Below, piece after piece: positions 35,609 to 44,909 of a DNA stretch of 64,000 nucleotides. Position 1 is the first letter of the stretch. Every line of letters starts with the position of its first letter. A program made the translations under genes and the position numbers. Origin of the DNA: Patescibacteria group bacterium (lineage in GTDB: Bacteria > Patescibacteriota > Patescibacteriia > Buchananbacterales > UBA6539); contig JBAZSB010000002.1 of the NCBI GenBank assembly GCA_041662625.1, forward strand, positions 12,024-76,023, read 5' to 3'. The notes beneath the pieces are model-generated. The model saw only the letters and a list, made by a program, of their open reading frames with translations, was not told the origin of the DNA and ran no database searches.

Positions 35609-36703
35609 TTGTTAATTGTTATTATGTCGTTTAGTATCGGCATCGTCGGCCTGCCTAACGTCGGCAAATCAACACTTTTCAAAGCCCTGACCAAAAAACA
35701 GGTTGATGCTTCTAATTATCCTTTTTGCACCATTGACCCAAACATTGGAGTGGTGGCCGTGCCTGATGAACGAATTGATAAATTGTCAGTGATGTCAAAA
35801 TCAGCCAAAACGATTTATACCACCATTGAATTTGTTGACATCGCCGGCCTAGTTAAGGATGCTCATAAAGGTGAAGGGCTGGGTAACCAATTTTTAGCCA
35901 ACATCCGGGAAGTTGATGCCATTGTTCAAGTCGTCCGGCAGTTTTCCGATAAAAATGTCATTCATGTCGCCGGCAAGGTGGACCCCGAGTCGGACAAAGA
36001 AACAATTAGTCTGGAATTAATTTTTGCTGATTTACAAACTTTGGGAAAAAGAATCAGTAAAAACCAAAAAGATTTACATGCCAATTTAAAAGAAGCAAAA
36101 GAGATTCAGCCGGTTTTGGAAAAATTAAAAACCGGCTTTAACGCCGGCAAGCTGGCTTCGGAAATCATTACTGATGAAAAAGAAAAATTATTAATCCGCG
36201 ACTTGAATCTTTTGACCATCAAACCAATGATTTATGTTTTGAATGTGGATGAAGACAAAGTTTATCCCGCCTCCGCTAAAGCTACGGCGGGCAAGCAAGA
36301 AACAGATTACATTACCATTTCGGCAAAAATTGAATCGGAATTAGCCGAACTGCCCGAGGTCGAAGCTAAAGAAATGCTCAAAGAACTCAAGCTGGAATCT
36401 TCAGGTTTAGATAAACTGATCAAAAAATCATACGAAATTTTAGGCTTGATTACTTTTTTGACTACCGGTCCGACCGAATCACGCGCTTGGACAATCAAAA
36501 AAGGGACAAAAGCGCCCCAGGCCGCCGGCGTGATCCACACTGATTTTGAAAAAAACTTTATCCGCGCTGAAGTGATTAACTGGCAAAAATTGTTGGAAGT
36601 TGGCTCTGAAGCTAAGGCCAAGGAATTAGGCTTAATCCGGATTGAAGGCAAAGATTACGTGATGCAAGACGGCGACACGGTTTATTTTAGAACTAACGCC
36701 TAA
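35609..36703 (+). CDS. ychF: Ribosome-binding ATPase YchF (Obg-like GTPase family)
   Basis: G1 GIVGLPNVGKSTLF, G3 DIAGLV, NxxD, and a C-terminal TGS domain (RAWTI..GTKAPQAAGVIHTDFEKNFIRAEV); 364 aa. Confidence 0.9.
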   Translation: MLIVIMSFSIGIVGLPNVGKSTLFKALTKKQVDASNYPFCTIDPNIGVVAVPDERIDKLSVMSKSAKTIYTTIEFVDIAGLVKDAHKGEGLGNQFLANIREVDAIVQVVRQFSDKNVIHVAGKVDPESDKETISLELIFADLQTLGKRISKNQKDLHANLKEAKEIQPVLEKLKTGFNAGKLASEIITDEKEKLLIRDLNLLTIKPMIYVLNVDEDKVYPASAKATAGKQETDYITISAKIESELAELPEVEAKEMLKELKLESSGLDKLIKKSYEILGLITFLTTGPTESRAWTIKKGTKAPQAAGVIHTDFEKNFIRAEVINWQKLLEVGSEAKAKELGLIRIEGKDYVMQDGDTVYFRTNA

Positions 36704-36985
36704 AATAATGTTTTTATTTATAATTCCAATATTATTGCTCAACATTTTCGTTTCTGGTTTTATTTTGATAATTCATATTAATAAATCCTTATGGAACAGA
36801 TGGGAGCAGATGACTATAAAATATCCTGTTTCTCATTATTACATTGCTGTTTTAAATGTGATTGTCTGCGTGTCTAATATTTTTCTTCTATATTACTTAT
36901 TAAAAACTGCCCAGGGTTAAAACCCCGGGCTACAATAATAAAGCAAATGATTTTAATTTAGGACGATTACGGATTGATAAAATTT

Positions 36986-38158
36986 TTAGCGCTGGAAGAC
37001 ATAAATCTGCCGCCAGACTTTTTGGCCTTCGCGACTATAAACTAATTTATCTTTATTCAACTGGGTAAAACCCAGTTTTTTTATTTCTGGCAAAACCGGC
37101 AGTTCCAAAACTTCCTTACCGAGGCGAAAAGCCGGAAAGATAATTACCACCTTGCTACCGGGATTTAAAATCTTTCTGAACTCACCAAATGCCGCATCAT
37201 AAAGCTTTGATAATTCTTCAACAATTTCTGATATCTGTTTTCTGTCTTCTGAACCCCGAAGCGGCGGGCCAAGGTATGGCTCAGTCACCACCGCATCAAC
37301 CTGCTGGACATATTTAGAAATCTGCTTTACATCCGCCTTGATAATTTGGAATTTGGAATTTGAGATTTGGAATTTATTTGGAATTTGACCCATTCGACTA
37401 CGCTCAGGGTCACCTTGAGCAGAGGCCGAAAGGTGAGATTTGGAATTTGTAATTTTTAAAAGCCATTCTAAGTTTTTCTTTGTATCCTTAACCGCTTTAT
37501 CAGAAATATCAGAACCAATCATTTTGTAGCCAAGCAAAAGTCCTTCTTGCAAAACTGTACCGGATCCGCAAAAGGGATCTAAAATTGTTGCCCCCCTTGG
37601 CAGCTGGGCTAAATTAATCATAATTTTTGCCAGCTTCGGCGGCATTGACCCGGATAACAAATCACGGACCGGCCGGCCAAAGTCGCGCTTACTATATTCT
37701 TCAAATTCCTGAACCGCACAAGTCTCGCCTAGCCATTTATTACCCAAAACCAAAAATTCCGCACATTGATTTTTTGAAACAACAACTGAAGACAAGGCCT
37801 TGTCTTTACTGGTAACTAAACGACAACTGATACCAGCTTCTTTTAAGTCCTTTTTAATTTCCATGCCAAAATTATCCGGCTTAGCCTCATAATAACTAAT
37901 GCCGAAATTGAGCTTTGTTTCTTTTTTAAGGGCTTTTAATTTTTCAACTGTCACCTTTCGACTGATTTGATTACCAATAATTTTACCGACTTTTATTGTC
38001 CCGCCAAGCCGACTCAAAACTTCAGCGCAATCAAAATCGTCATTTTCGATAATTAAAAAAGAGCCGGTTTCAGCAATAATTTTGGCAGGGGGTAAAACTG
38101 CCAAGATTTCTGCCACGGAAAGCTTTGGGTTGTGTCCTAAGATGAAAACGTATTGCAT
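36986..38158 (-). CDS. THUMP-domain RNA methyltransferase (Trm11/RlmL/UPF0020 family) carrying an in-frame repeat-element insertion
   Basis: Motif I DPFCGSGT, motif IV VVTEPYLGPP and an N-terminal THUMP-like region. Residues ~SKSHLSASAQGDPERSRMGQIPNKFQISNSKFQI are encoded by the TTTGGAATTTG repeat block at 37326-37455. Confidence 0.7.
   Translation of the reverse strand: MQYVFILGHNPKLSVAEILAVLPPAKIIAETGSFLIIENDDFDCAEVLSRLGGTIKVGKIIGNQISRKVTVEKLKALKKETKLNFGISYYEAKPDNFGMEIKKDLKEAGISCRLVTSKDKALSSVVVSKNQCAEFLVLGNKWLGETCAVQEFEEYSKRDFGRPVRDLLSGSMPPKLAKIMINLAQLPRGATILDPFCGSGTVLQEGLLLGYKMIGSDISDKAVKDTKKNLEWLLKITNSKSHLSASAQGDPERSRMGQIPNKFQISNSKFQIIKADVKQISKYVQQVDAVVTEPYLGPPLRGSEDRKQISEIVEELSKLYDAAFGEFRKILNPGSKVVIIFPAFRLGKEVLELPVLPEIKKLGFTQLNKDKLVYSREGQKVWRQIYVFQR
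37326..37455. repeat. TTTGGAATTTG-type tandem repeat element (copy inside the methyltransferase CDS)
   Basis: tttggaatttggaatttgagatttggaatttatttggaatttg ... gagatttggaatttgtaattttt; related copies at 43600-43665 and 44040-44094. Confidence 0.8.
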
Positions 38159-38241
38159 ATTATTGGCTTAGTAACTTACCAACTTAAAAACTTACTAACT
38201 TAAGTATACCATATAAAATTAAAAACTATTAAATTTAAAAT

Positions 38242-38310
38242 AAAAAAAGCCCCGGAACGAAAACCTGGGTTCTCGTCCGGGAAAAACAAAAAAGCCTACT
38301 GTCGCTAGGC
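38242..38310 (-). terminator. Two tandem Rho-independent terminators
   Basis: On the minus strand: GCCTAGCGACAGTAGGC + TTTTTTGTTTTT, then CCCGGACGAGAACCCAGGTTTTCGTTCCGGGG + CTTTTTTT. Confidence 0.65.
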
Positions 38311-38631
38311 TACCTCTGCCAATAAGTTGGCCGGTTGGAAAACGACTTCGGCGAACGAATCTTCTTCACCTAGATCAGCAACCAACGGATCAGCCGCCTG
38401 GCACGAACCGGGGCAATCCATCCCTTTTGCTCCAATATGAAGCAACGTTCTTAGGCCATTGTTACCAATGGCACCAATAACTTGCTTCCCACAGCTCTGG
38501 CATGTGACATAACCGATAGTGAATGAACCAATCACTGCTGCCAACAAAATACCTGGACTTTCTTTCTTTTCTGACTTCAAGACTAATTCCTTCTTGTTTG
38601 ACCGGTTAAGAGCAGCAATACAAAGAACCAT
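38305..38631 (-). CDS. Small membrane protein with CxxC and CPGSC motifs
   Basis: 108 aa with two hydrophobic segments, CQSCGK...DCPGSCQ, followed by tandem terminators; no family recognised. Confidence 0.4.
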   Translation of the reverse strand: MVLCIAALNRSNKKELVLKSEKKESPGILLAAVIGSFTIGYVTCQSCGKQVIGAIGNNGLRTLLHIGAKGMDCPGSCQAADPLVADLGEEDSFAEVVFQPANLLAEVA

Positions 38632-38639
38632 TCTACCTT

Positions 38640-38880
38640 ACTTCAGAACATCTGTCAATACTATCGGTATACCTACTACATTCAAAGATTGTGGTTGGTT
38701 AATTTTTTTCGGCCAGAATAGAACTTCATCTCGCCTCTCGGCTTCCACTCGAGGCGCCCTGAGCATAGCCGAACGGGCGCCCCGCCTCAAGCCTATGATA
38801 TGAGCTTATCTTTAATAAACGTGAGCCGACCTGCCCGCCAACGTGCAGCAGGCGGGAGGCGACTCCGAGAGTAGAGGTTT
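38640..38880 (-). ncRNA. GC-rich structured 5' leader or small RNA candidate (family unassigned)
   Basis: A local GC spike in AT-rich intergenic DNA with several mutually exclusive hairpins (GCGCCC-N15-GGGCGC; CCCGCC-N11-GGCGGG; GCCTC...GAGGC). It lies immediately 5' of the 38305..38631 gene on its strand. Confidence 0.3.
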
Positions 38881-39010
38881 AATTTTTTAAAAATAACTAT
38901 TCTGGCTTGGGGCGGGGTCAATGAAAATCTCTGCCAATGATTTATATATAAAAGAAGAACCCCGGGGGTAACCCGGGGCCCTTCTGACGATAATATAGTC
39001 ATCTCTGATT

Positions 39011-39187
39011 TTAGAATCGTCTTCGTGGAGGTCGACTCTGTCGTTTCTTCCGGTGGCAATCCCGACAAAAAATTGGTCGGTCACCATCTGGTTCAAACGG
39101 TAGTTCGGTAATCTCAGCGCCGCATTCAGAACAGGTCCAATGTCCCTGGAACATCTGGCGCTGACCAAATTGATTTTGATCGTCCAT
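39011..39187 (-). CDS. Small zinc-ribbon protein (58 aa, CxxC-N17-CxxC, basic C-terminus)
   Basis: Hand translation gives MDDQNQFGQRQMFQGHWTCSECGAEITELPFEPDGDRPIFCRDCHRKKRQSRPPRRRF. A terminator hairpin GGGCCCCGGGTTACCCCCGGGG + T-run follows. Below the 60-aa ORF-track cutoff. Confidence 0.45.
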   Translation of the reverse strand: MDDQNQFGQRQMFQGHWTCSECGAEITELPFEPDGDRPIFCRDCHRKKRQSRPPRRRF

Positions 39188-39688
39188 CTAATTACCTTCT
39201 CGTTGTTTTGTTAAACTTAATGCTCAAAATCAACTTGGCTTAAACGCTAAAATTATTTTGAAAAATTAAGTGTAAACAAAACTATTAATTATTAATGGCT
39301 ATATACTAGCATACTTTTAAAATTTTGTCAATAATCCACAAATCTCCTAGATGCTAAAGGGGGAATTGACTTATTTTTTAACCTATGATAAGCTATTTAA
39401 GATCCTGAATAATCCATAAGTCGGATTCAGGCATTAGGCTTAACAATTAAACCTTTCCCCGTGTTACCCTTCTAACTTAGATCGGGTGACCATTACCTTA
39501 TCCAATTCTGCGATAAGGAAAGGCGTTTTTCAAACAGTTAACAGTTAACTGCCAAGTGTTAATTGTTATTAACATAGCGCTGGGAAAATACCGAGCGTTT
39601 TTAATAAATTAAAATAACAAGGATTTAGCAAAATTAGGAGTTGAGATCCAAAACCTACTTCCTACTACCTACTTCCTACTACCTAACT

Positions 39689-40153
39689 ATGACTAACCAC
39701 TACGAACTGCTTTATTTGGTAGGCGCTAATTACACCGATGAAGAGTTGATGCCAATTAAAGAAAAAGTAAAAGAATTACTCAAAAAATTTGGCGGCGAGA
39801 TTACGCTGGAAGACAGTTTGGGCAAAAAGAAACTGGCTTATCCCATCAAAGGTAACCACCAAGGTTATTACTTGCTGATGGAATTCAATATAGACGGGGC
39901 TAAGCTGAAAGAGTTAAACCAAAACCTTAAACTCACTAGTGAAGTTTTAAGGCATGTTGTTGTCAGCAGAAAAATTGAGACTCCCAGCTTACTGAAAACG
40001 ACTGCCGCTAAATTAAAGACTGCTGAACAAAAAGAGAGAGAAGTTAAAATCACACCCGAGGAAGAACGTAAAACCGAACCAGAAAAAGGTAAAATTAAAT
40101 TGGAAGACCTAGACCAGCGGCTTGATGAGATTTTGGAAGGTGATATAATGTAG
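39689..40153 (+). CDS. rpsF: 30S ribosomal protein S6
   Basis: Start at MTNHYELLYLV...; S6 fold pattern and the rpsF-ssb-rpsR operon context. Confidence 0.85.
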   Translation: MTNHYELLYLVGANYTDEELMPIKEKVKELLKKFGGEITLEDSLGKKKLAYPIKGNHQGYYLLMEFNIDGAKLKELNQNLKLTSEVLRHVVVSRKIETPSLLKTTAAKLKTAEQKEREVKITPEEERKTEPEKGKIKLEDLDQRLDEILEGDIM

Positions 40154-40237
40154 AAACATCAAATAAATAACGGAGCCAACAACCATATATTTCTATACAA
40201 TCAATATAGCGCGCCTAAATCTTAAACCTAAAAAAAT

Positions 40238-40675
40238 ATGAACCTAAATAAAGCCATGATTATCGGCAACTTGACCCGGGATCCGGAAACGCGAACTACG
40301 CCTTCAGGCCAAACCGTTACGTCCTTTAGCGTTGCCACCAACTTAATCTGGACTGACGCTAACGGCGAAAAACAAAAAAAAGTGGAATTCCATAATATCG
40401 TGGCCTGGCGGAAATTAGCCGAAATTTGTGCCCAGTATTTAAAAAAAGGCAATAAAGTCTATATTGAAGGCCGGCTCCAAACTCGCGATTGGGAAGGTCA
40501 AGATGGTGTTAAACGTTATCGCACTGAAATTATTGCCGAAAATATGATAATGCTTGACACTAAAGGTACCAGCTCTGGTTCAAGAGAATCCACCCCTTCC
40601 CCTACCGATGATTTCAGTCAGCCTGAGCCAACCAAACAAGAGGATGAAATCCAAGTAGAAAATATTCCCTTTTAA
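40238..40675 (+). CDS. ssb: Single-stranded DNA-binding protein
   Basis: MNLNKAMIIGNLTRDPETRTTPSGQTVTSFSVATN...VEFHNIVAWRKLAE... OB-fold and the acidic C-terminal tail ending in DIPF-like EDEIQVENIPF. Confidence 0.9.
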   Translation: MNLNKAMIIGNLTRDPETRTTPSGQTVTSFSVATNLIWTDANGEKQKKVEFHNIVAWRKLAEICAQYLKKGNKVYIEGRLQTRDWEGQDGVKRYRTEIIAENMIMLDTKGTSSGSRESTPSPTDDFSQPEPTKQEDEIQVENIPF

Positions 40676-40748
40676 TTAATAAACTCACCATTAGCCGTTG
40701 ACCGCTTTACTACCACGGTTAACGGTTAATGGTTTAGAATTATATACT

Positions 40749-40982
40749 ATGATTAAAAACAATAATAATTCAATGGCCAAAGAAAAAAATTGCCATTTTT
40801 GCCTTAATAACATCCAGGATATTGATTACAAAGATGTTCAGACTTTACGGCGATTTATTTCTTCCTATTCTAAAATTGTTCCTCGCAAAAGAAGCGGCGT
40901 CTGCTCCAAACACCAAAGAAAATTAGCTACCGCCATCAAACGAGCCCGGACAATGGCAATCTTACCCTTTACTACCCGCTAA
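40749..40982 (+). CDS. rpsR: 30S ribosomal protein S18
   Basis: CHFCLNNIQDIDYKDVQTLRRFISSYSKIVPRKRSGVCSKHQRKLATAIKRAR; the ORF opens at 40698. Confidence 0.85.
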   Translation: MIKNNNNSMAKEKNCHFCLNNIQDIDYKDVQTLRRFISSYSKIVPRKRSGVCSKHQRKLATAIKRARTMAILPFTTR

Positions 40983-40983
40983 A

Positions 40984-41556
40984 ATGGCAATCCTCAGCAC
41001 TCTCAATGACATCAAACAGGGTTTAACTATTATTTATAATGGTGAGCCTTGTAAAGTAGTCCAGGCGCGGTTTGTCCGGATGCAACAACGAAAGCCAGTA
41101 ATGCAAACCAAGCTGAAAAATCTAATCAACGGTAAAATGATTGAATATAATTTCAAGCCGGGCGAAAAAATCGAAACTGGTGATTTAATTAATAAAAAAG
41201 TCAGTTTTTTATATGCCGCCGGGGATGAATTTAGCTTCATGGATAACAAAACTTATGAGCAGTTTTCTTTTTCCAAAGAGCAACTCGGCGAACAAATCAA
41301 TTTTTTGAAAGAAGGCTCCGAAGTGAATCTATTGTCTTTTAATAACCAGCCAATCAATATTGAGCTGCCGGCAAAAATGGATTTTAAAATTACTTCTGCC
41401 CCAGAAGGCATCAGAGGCGATTCCGCTCAGGGCCGGGTGACCAAAACCGCTGAAGTTGAAACCGGCTTCACCGTTCAAGTGCCTTTGTTTGTCAAAGAAG
41501 GCGACGTAATCAAAGTTAACACGGAAACCGGCGAATACGTAGAAAGAGTCAGTTGA
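40984..41556 (+). CDS. efp: Elongation factor P
   Basis: 190 aa; the KPG loop (EYNFKPGEK) and three-OB-domain length. Confidence 0.9.
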   Translation: MAILSTLNDIKQGLTIIYNGEPCKVVQARFVRMQQRKPVMQTKLKNLINGKMIEYNFKPGEKIETGDLINKKVSFLYAAGDEFSFMDNKTYEQFSFSKEQLGEQINFLKEGSEVNLLSFNNQPINIELPAKMDFKITSAPEGIRGDSAQGRVTKTAEVETGFTVQVPLFVKEGDVIKVNTETGEYVERVS

Positions 41557-41561
41557 CACTT

Positions 41562-41634
41562 TATGTCACCCTGAACTTGTTTCAGGGTCTTGATTTAAAT
41601 CTTAGAGATGCCGAAACAAGTTCGGCATGACACA
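41562..41634. repeat. REP/MITE-like nested inverted-repeat element, copy 2
   Basis: TATGTCACCCTGAACTTGTTTCAGGGTC ... GCCGAAACAAGTTCGGCATGACACA. Confidence 0.7.
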
Positions 41635-41645
41635 TACTTAAAAAT

Positions 41646-41753
41646 ATGGGACAAAACAGCGCTTTAAGAGCCAGAATCAAACATGCGAAAAAAAATACCC
41701 GAAAAGGTAAAGAGTTAAGAATGAAAACTCGGGACCTCCGACCTAAAAGATAA
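41646..41753 (+). CDS. Small basic ORF (35 aa) resembling the N-terminus of ribosomal protein S20; possible truncated rpsT
   Basis: MGQNSALRARIKHAKKNTRKGKELRMKTRDLRPKR resembles the S20 N-terminus (..NIKSAKKR....K.R.KN..). It is followed by a terminator hairpin AGCCGGGAAACTGGCT + T7 and there is no SD. Confidence 0.25.
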   Translation: MGQNSALRARIKHAKKNTRKGKELRMKTRDLRPKR

Positions 41754-41868
41754 TAAATCTGGAAAATTATTCAAAAGATTAGCCGGGAAACTGGCTAATT
41801 TTTTTATAAAAAAAGGCCTGAGGTGTTAGCCTCAAGAGCCACGATGAACAATTTCAATTACCCTCCCT

Positions 41869-42336
41869 TTATTGTAGCGGCAGCGCCAGCAGTTTGGCCA
41901 ATGTCTCCTCGGGCAGGTCCGGCGGAACCATTAAGTAGGGCGGCAGCATACGCTGTCGGATCCGGATGAATTTCTTCAGGGCCTCAATTGTCAGAAAATG
42001 ACAAATCGTTTCGGTCATCAGACCGACGTGAGTATGAGTAGTAGAATCCAAATCCGAGATTTCCGCCTTAACGGCTTTAGCCGCGGATAGGATTTGACCA
42101 CCCAGTGACCGGCACTCCCAACAAGTCGGCAAGCGCAGCAGAACTGCCATGCCATTGCCCTCACCGAACATCAGTAGTCCGTAGTGCTGACTAATGATTT
42201 GAGGCTTTGCCTCTAATTGCTCCAGTTGTGGCAGTTCCCTGATACAAGTGGTTGGCAATTCGCTCAAGGCTAGTTCAGCCAAAATCATTGCTGCGGCTGC
42301 TTGGGGATCTGCCTCAGTCAAATTTTCCAAAGACAT
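41869..42336 (-). CDS. Hypothetical protein (downstream of recA, in the position often occupied by recX but not recognisably RecX)
   Basis: 155-aa ORF, moderately GC-rich, with a TCWECRS motif and a terminator after it. Confidence 0.35.
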   Translation of the reverse strand: MSLENLTEADPQAAAAMILAELALSELPTTCIRELPQLEQLEAKPQIISQHYGLLMFGEGNGMAVLLRLPTCWECRSLGGQILSAAKAVKAEISDLDSTTHTHVGLMTETICHFLTIEALKKFIRIRQRMLPPYLMVPPDLPEETLAKLLALPLQ

Positions 42337-42470
42337 GCTTCGACCCTCCTTCGTCTTTCTTGATTGCCTGTTTCGGATATCTCATCTTAACATATTGTGA
42401 AATTTTTGCAAATTTAAAAAACCACCCTGACATAACATCAGGGCGGTTTTCTATTTGAAGCTTTATATTA

Positions 42471-43520
42471 CTATTTTTCTTTTTTGTCTGGGCTTTCGCC
42501 GGCTTTAATCTTTTGCCAGACTTGTTTTCTCACTTCGGCAATCAGCTTGGGATTTTCTTTCAAAAACTGCTTAACATTCTCCCGGCCAGTGCCTAATTTC
42601 TCAGCGCCAAAAGTATAAGTATTGCCGGATTTACTAATCACACCATAAGTTACACCGGTATCCAAAGCATCGCCAGCAATCGAAATGCCTTCATTATACA
42701 TAATGTCAAACTCACAAATTTGGAAGGGCGGCGCCACTTTATTTTTTACTACTTTAGCCTTCACCCGGTTACCAATAATTTTCTCCCCCATTTTAATTTG
42801 AGCGGCGCGGCGGACTTCGATTCGAACGGAAGAATAAAATTTCAATGCTGTACCGCCGGTGGTGGTCTCCGGATTACCAAAGAAAATACCAATCCGCATC
42901 CGGGTCTGATTGATGAAAATGACCATCGTATTACTTTTAGAAATAATACCGGCCAATTTTCTTAAAGCCTGGCTCATCAGACGCGCCTGCAAGCCAATAT
43001 GGGTATCACCCATCTCGCCCTCAATTTCTTTTTTCGGCGTCAGGGCAGCGACAGAATCAATAACAATCACATCAATGCCATTAGACCGCACCAAAGTTTC
43101 CACAATTTCCAAAGCTTGTTCTCCGGTATCGGGTTGAGAAATCAGTAAATCCTTGATATTAACCCCGATTTTTTTGGCGTATTCGGGATCCAGGGCATGC
43201 TCGGCGTCGACAAAAGCGGCAATCCCGCCGACTTTCTGAACTTCAGCCACAATGTGCTGGGCTAAGGTGGTTTTTCCTGAAGCTTCCGGGCCAAAAATTT
43301 CAATGATTCGGCCACGCGGTACCCCACCCACGCCTAAAGCAATGTCTAAGGATAAACAACCAGTGGAAACCGCTGCCACTTCCATTCTTTTAGCTTCACC
43401 CAGTTTCATGATTGAACCATCGCCAAATCGCTGCTTGATTTGGTCAATGGCTTGTTGGGCAGCAGAAATTCGGTTGGCTATGTTTGAAGCGCTAGTTGAT
43501 TTTTCGTCTTTTTTTGCCAT
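42471..43520 (-). CDS. recA: Recombinase RecA
   Basis: [11 protein letters not shown] Walker [46 protein letters not shown]. Confidence 0.95.
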   Translation of the reverse strand: MAKKDEKSTSASNIANRISAAQQAIDQIKQRFGDGSIMKLGEAKRMEVAAVSTGCLSLDIALGVGGVPRGRIIEIFGPEASGKTTLAQHIVAEVQKVGGIAAFVDAEHALDPEYAKKIGVNIKDLLISQPDTGEQALEIVETLVRSNGIDVIVIDSVAALTPKKEIEGEMGDTHIGLQARLMSQALRKLAGIISKSNTMVIFINQTRMRIGIFFGNPETTTGGTALKFYSSVRIEVRRAAQIKMGEKIIGNRVKAKVVKNKVAPPFQICEFDIMYNEGISIAGDALDTGVTYGVISKSGNTYTFGAEKLGTGRENVKQFLKENPKLIAEVRKQVWQKIKAGESPDKKEK

Positions 43521-43599
43521 AAGTTTGATCGATAGTTATTTAATTCATTAAAACATTAAGGTGCTATAATCCGATGTAAAAAATAGAAGAATAGTCAAG

Positions 43600-43665
43600 A
43601 TTATTAAGCACCAAATTCTAAATTACAAATTCCAAACAAATCTCAAATTACAATCTTCAAAACAT
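43600..43665. repeat. TTTGGAATTTG-type repeat element (intergenic copy, opposite orientation)
   Basis: caaattctaaattacaaattccaaacaaatctcaaattacaatc is the reverse complement of the GGAATTTG(T/A) units. Confidence 0.7.
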
Positions 43666-43677
43666 TTAGTTATTATT

Positions 43678-44094
43678 CTACTTGGTTTTTTCTAATATTG
43701 CAGCCAGTATCCTCAGTAATTCCATATTTTCCTGTAATATCGGTTTGATTTCTTCTTGAAGTTGAGTGTTAGCTTCGATCATTAAATTCAGCCAATAAAT
43801 AGTTTCTTTGGCTTCTTTGCGGCTGATCCTTAATCGAAATTGAAAATCTTTTTTTGTTTCTGTCTCATTAGCTTCACGATAATTAGCGCCAATTGATGTG
43901 CCTGACCTTATAGCCTGGCGGCCTAATACAAAATTGATATCATTTTTAGGTAAGACCTTAGCTAGTCTAATAAGTCTTTTGCTAAATTCCAAGGTCCTAT
44001 CTTCTAAGTCATACCGTTTTGAATTTTGAACATTAGTGCTTGGAATTTGTTTGGAATTTGAGATTTTGGATTTGTAATTTTCAACATAGCCCAT
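43678..44094 (-). CDS. Four-helix-bundle protein of the '23S rRNA intervening-sequence protein' family (TIGR02436-like)
   Basis: ...SIGANYREA...DFQFRLRISRKEAKETIYWLNLM matches the family core (GANI.EA....dF..fl.iA.GS..E...wl). The N-terminal ~20 aa (ENYKSKISNSKQIPSTN) are encoded by the repeat element, so the true start is uncertain. Confidence 0.6.
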   Translation of the reverse strand: MGYVENYKSKISNSKQIPSTNVQNSKRYDLEDRTLEFSKRLIRLAKVLPKNDINFVLGRQAIRSGTSIGANYREANETETKKDFQFRLRISRKEAKETIYWLNLMIEANTQLQEEIKPILQENMELLRILAAILEKTK

Positions 44095-44195
44095 ACTACT
44101 TTATTTAATAGTTAGTTTGGCACTATGTTGATTATATTTTAATAAGTAAATCGAACCCCTAAAAACCTTCCCCTAAGAACCTAAAAACCTACAAC

Positions 44196-44900
44196 CTAAT
44201 TATTACTACTACTCTCCGCTTCATTGACCACAACCTGAAGATATTTCTTGGTTTGCTTGCCATGCCGGCTTTCCGCTGTAACTTCGATGATATTAACGCC
44301 GGACTGAAGATCGATTGTTTCGGAAAAATTGCCTTGAGTATCGGCCAGCACTTGTTGACCATTGATTTCCAAAACGGCTTCGGGCTCAGCTTGGCCGACT
44401 AATTCAATAAAACTTTGTTCAGTTATCAAGTTATTACTTGGGCTAATAATTGTCAAAAACGGCGGGGTCATGATCGCTTTAACTTTTAGTCCTAGATACG
44501 CCAGGCAGGCTAAAGCTAAAAGCCCAATAAGTATCCCCCGAACAATTTTTGGCGTCACCACCAGATGGAATCGAGAAATTCTTCTGACTGGTTTTTTAAA
44601 GTCCTCTTCGGGAAATTTTCTGGTTTTACTGTAAACTTTTCTTTCGCTCTGATAAGTCACCAGGGAATCTTTATCATTTAGGCCTAAATACTTGGCATAA
44701 ACCTTTAAAAAATTCTTTGCATAAACTTCACCGGGCAATTTATCAAATTCGCTGCTTTCGATGGCAGCCAAATATCTAGCTGAAATATTAGTCGCTTGAC
44801 TGGCCTGCGCTAGACTAACGCCCTTTTTCTCCCGGCTTAATTTTAAGCTTTCGCCTAAGTTCGGCGGATTAGAAATTTCTTTAGCCTGAAAACCAACCAT
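44196..44900 (-). CDS. RodZ-like cytoskeleton protein (N-terminal XRE-type HTH, single TM, C-terminal periplasmic domain)
   Basis: GESLKLSREKKGVSLAQASQATNISARYLAAIE HTH, a TM helix ILIGLLALACLAYLGL, and a C-terminal beta-rich domain. Confidence 0.55.
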   Translation of the reverse strand: MVGFQAKEISNPPNLGESLKLSREKKGVSLAQASQATNISARYLAAIESSEFDKLPGEVYAKNFLKVYAKYLGLNDKDSLVTYQSERKVYSKTRKFPEEDFKKPVRRISRFHLVVTPKIVRGILIGLLALACLAYLGLKVKAIMTPPFLTIISPSNNLITEQSFIELVGQAEPEAVLEINGQQVLADTQGNFSETIDLQSGVNIIEVTAESRHGKQTKKYLQVVVNEAESSSNN

Positions 44901-44909
44901 AAATTTAAG

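Noticed and set aside
38740-38860. SRP RNA assignment for the GC-rich hairpin cluster
   Set aside because: The CAGGUCGG / CUGCUGC pieces occur in the wrong 5'-3' order relative to the SRP domain-IV consensus on either strand.
38887-39168. 93-aa minus-strand ORF from the track
   Set aside because: It overlaps, in another frame, the 58-aa zinc-ribbon ORF, which has a coherent CxxC...CxxC architecture and its own terminator. The 93-aa product is compositionally odd. Kept only as an alternative.
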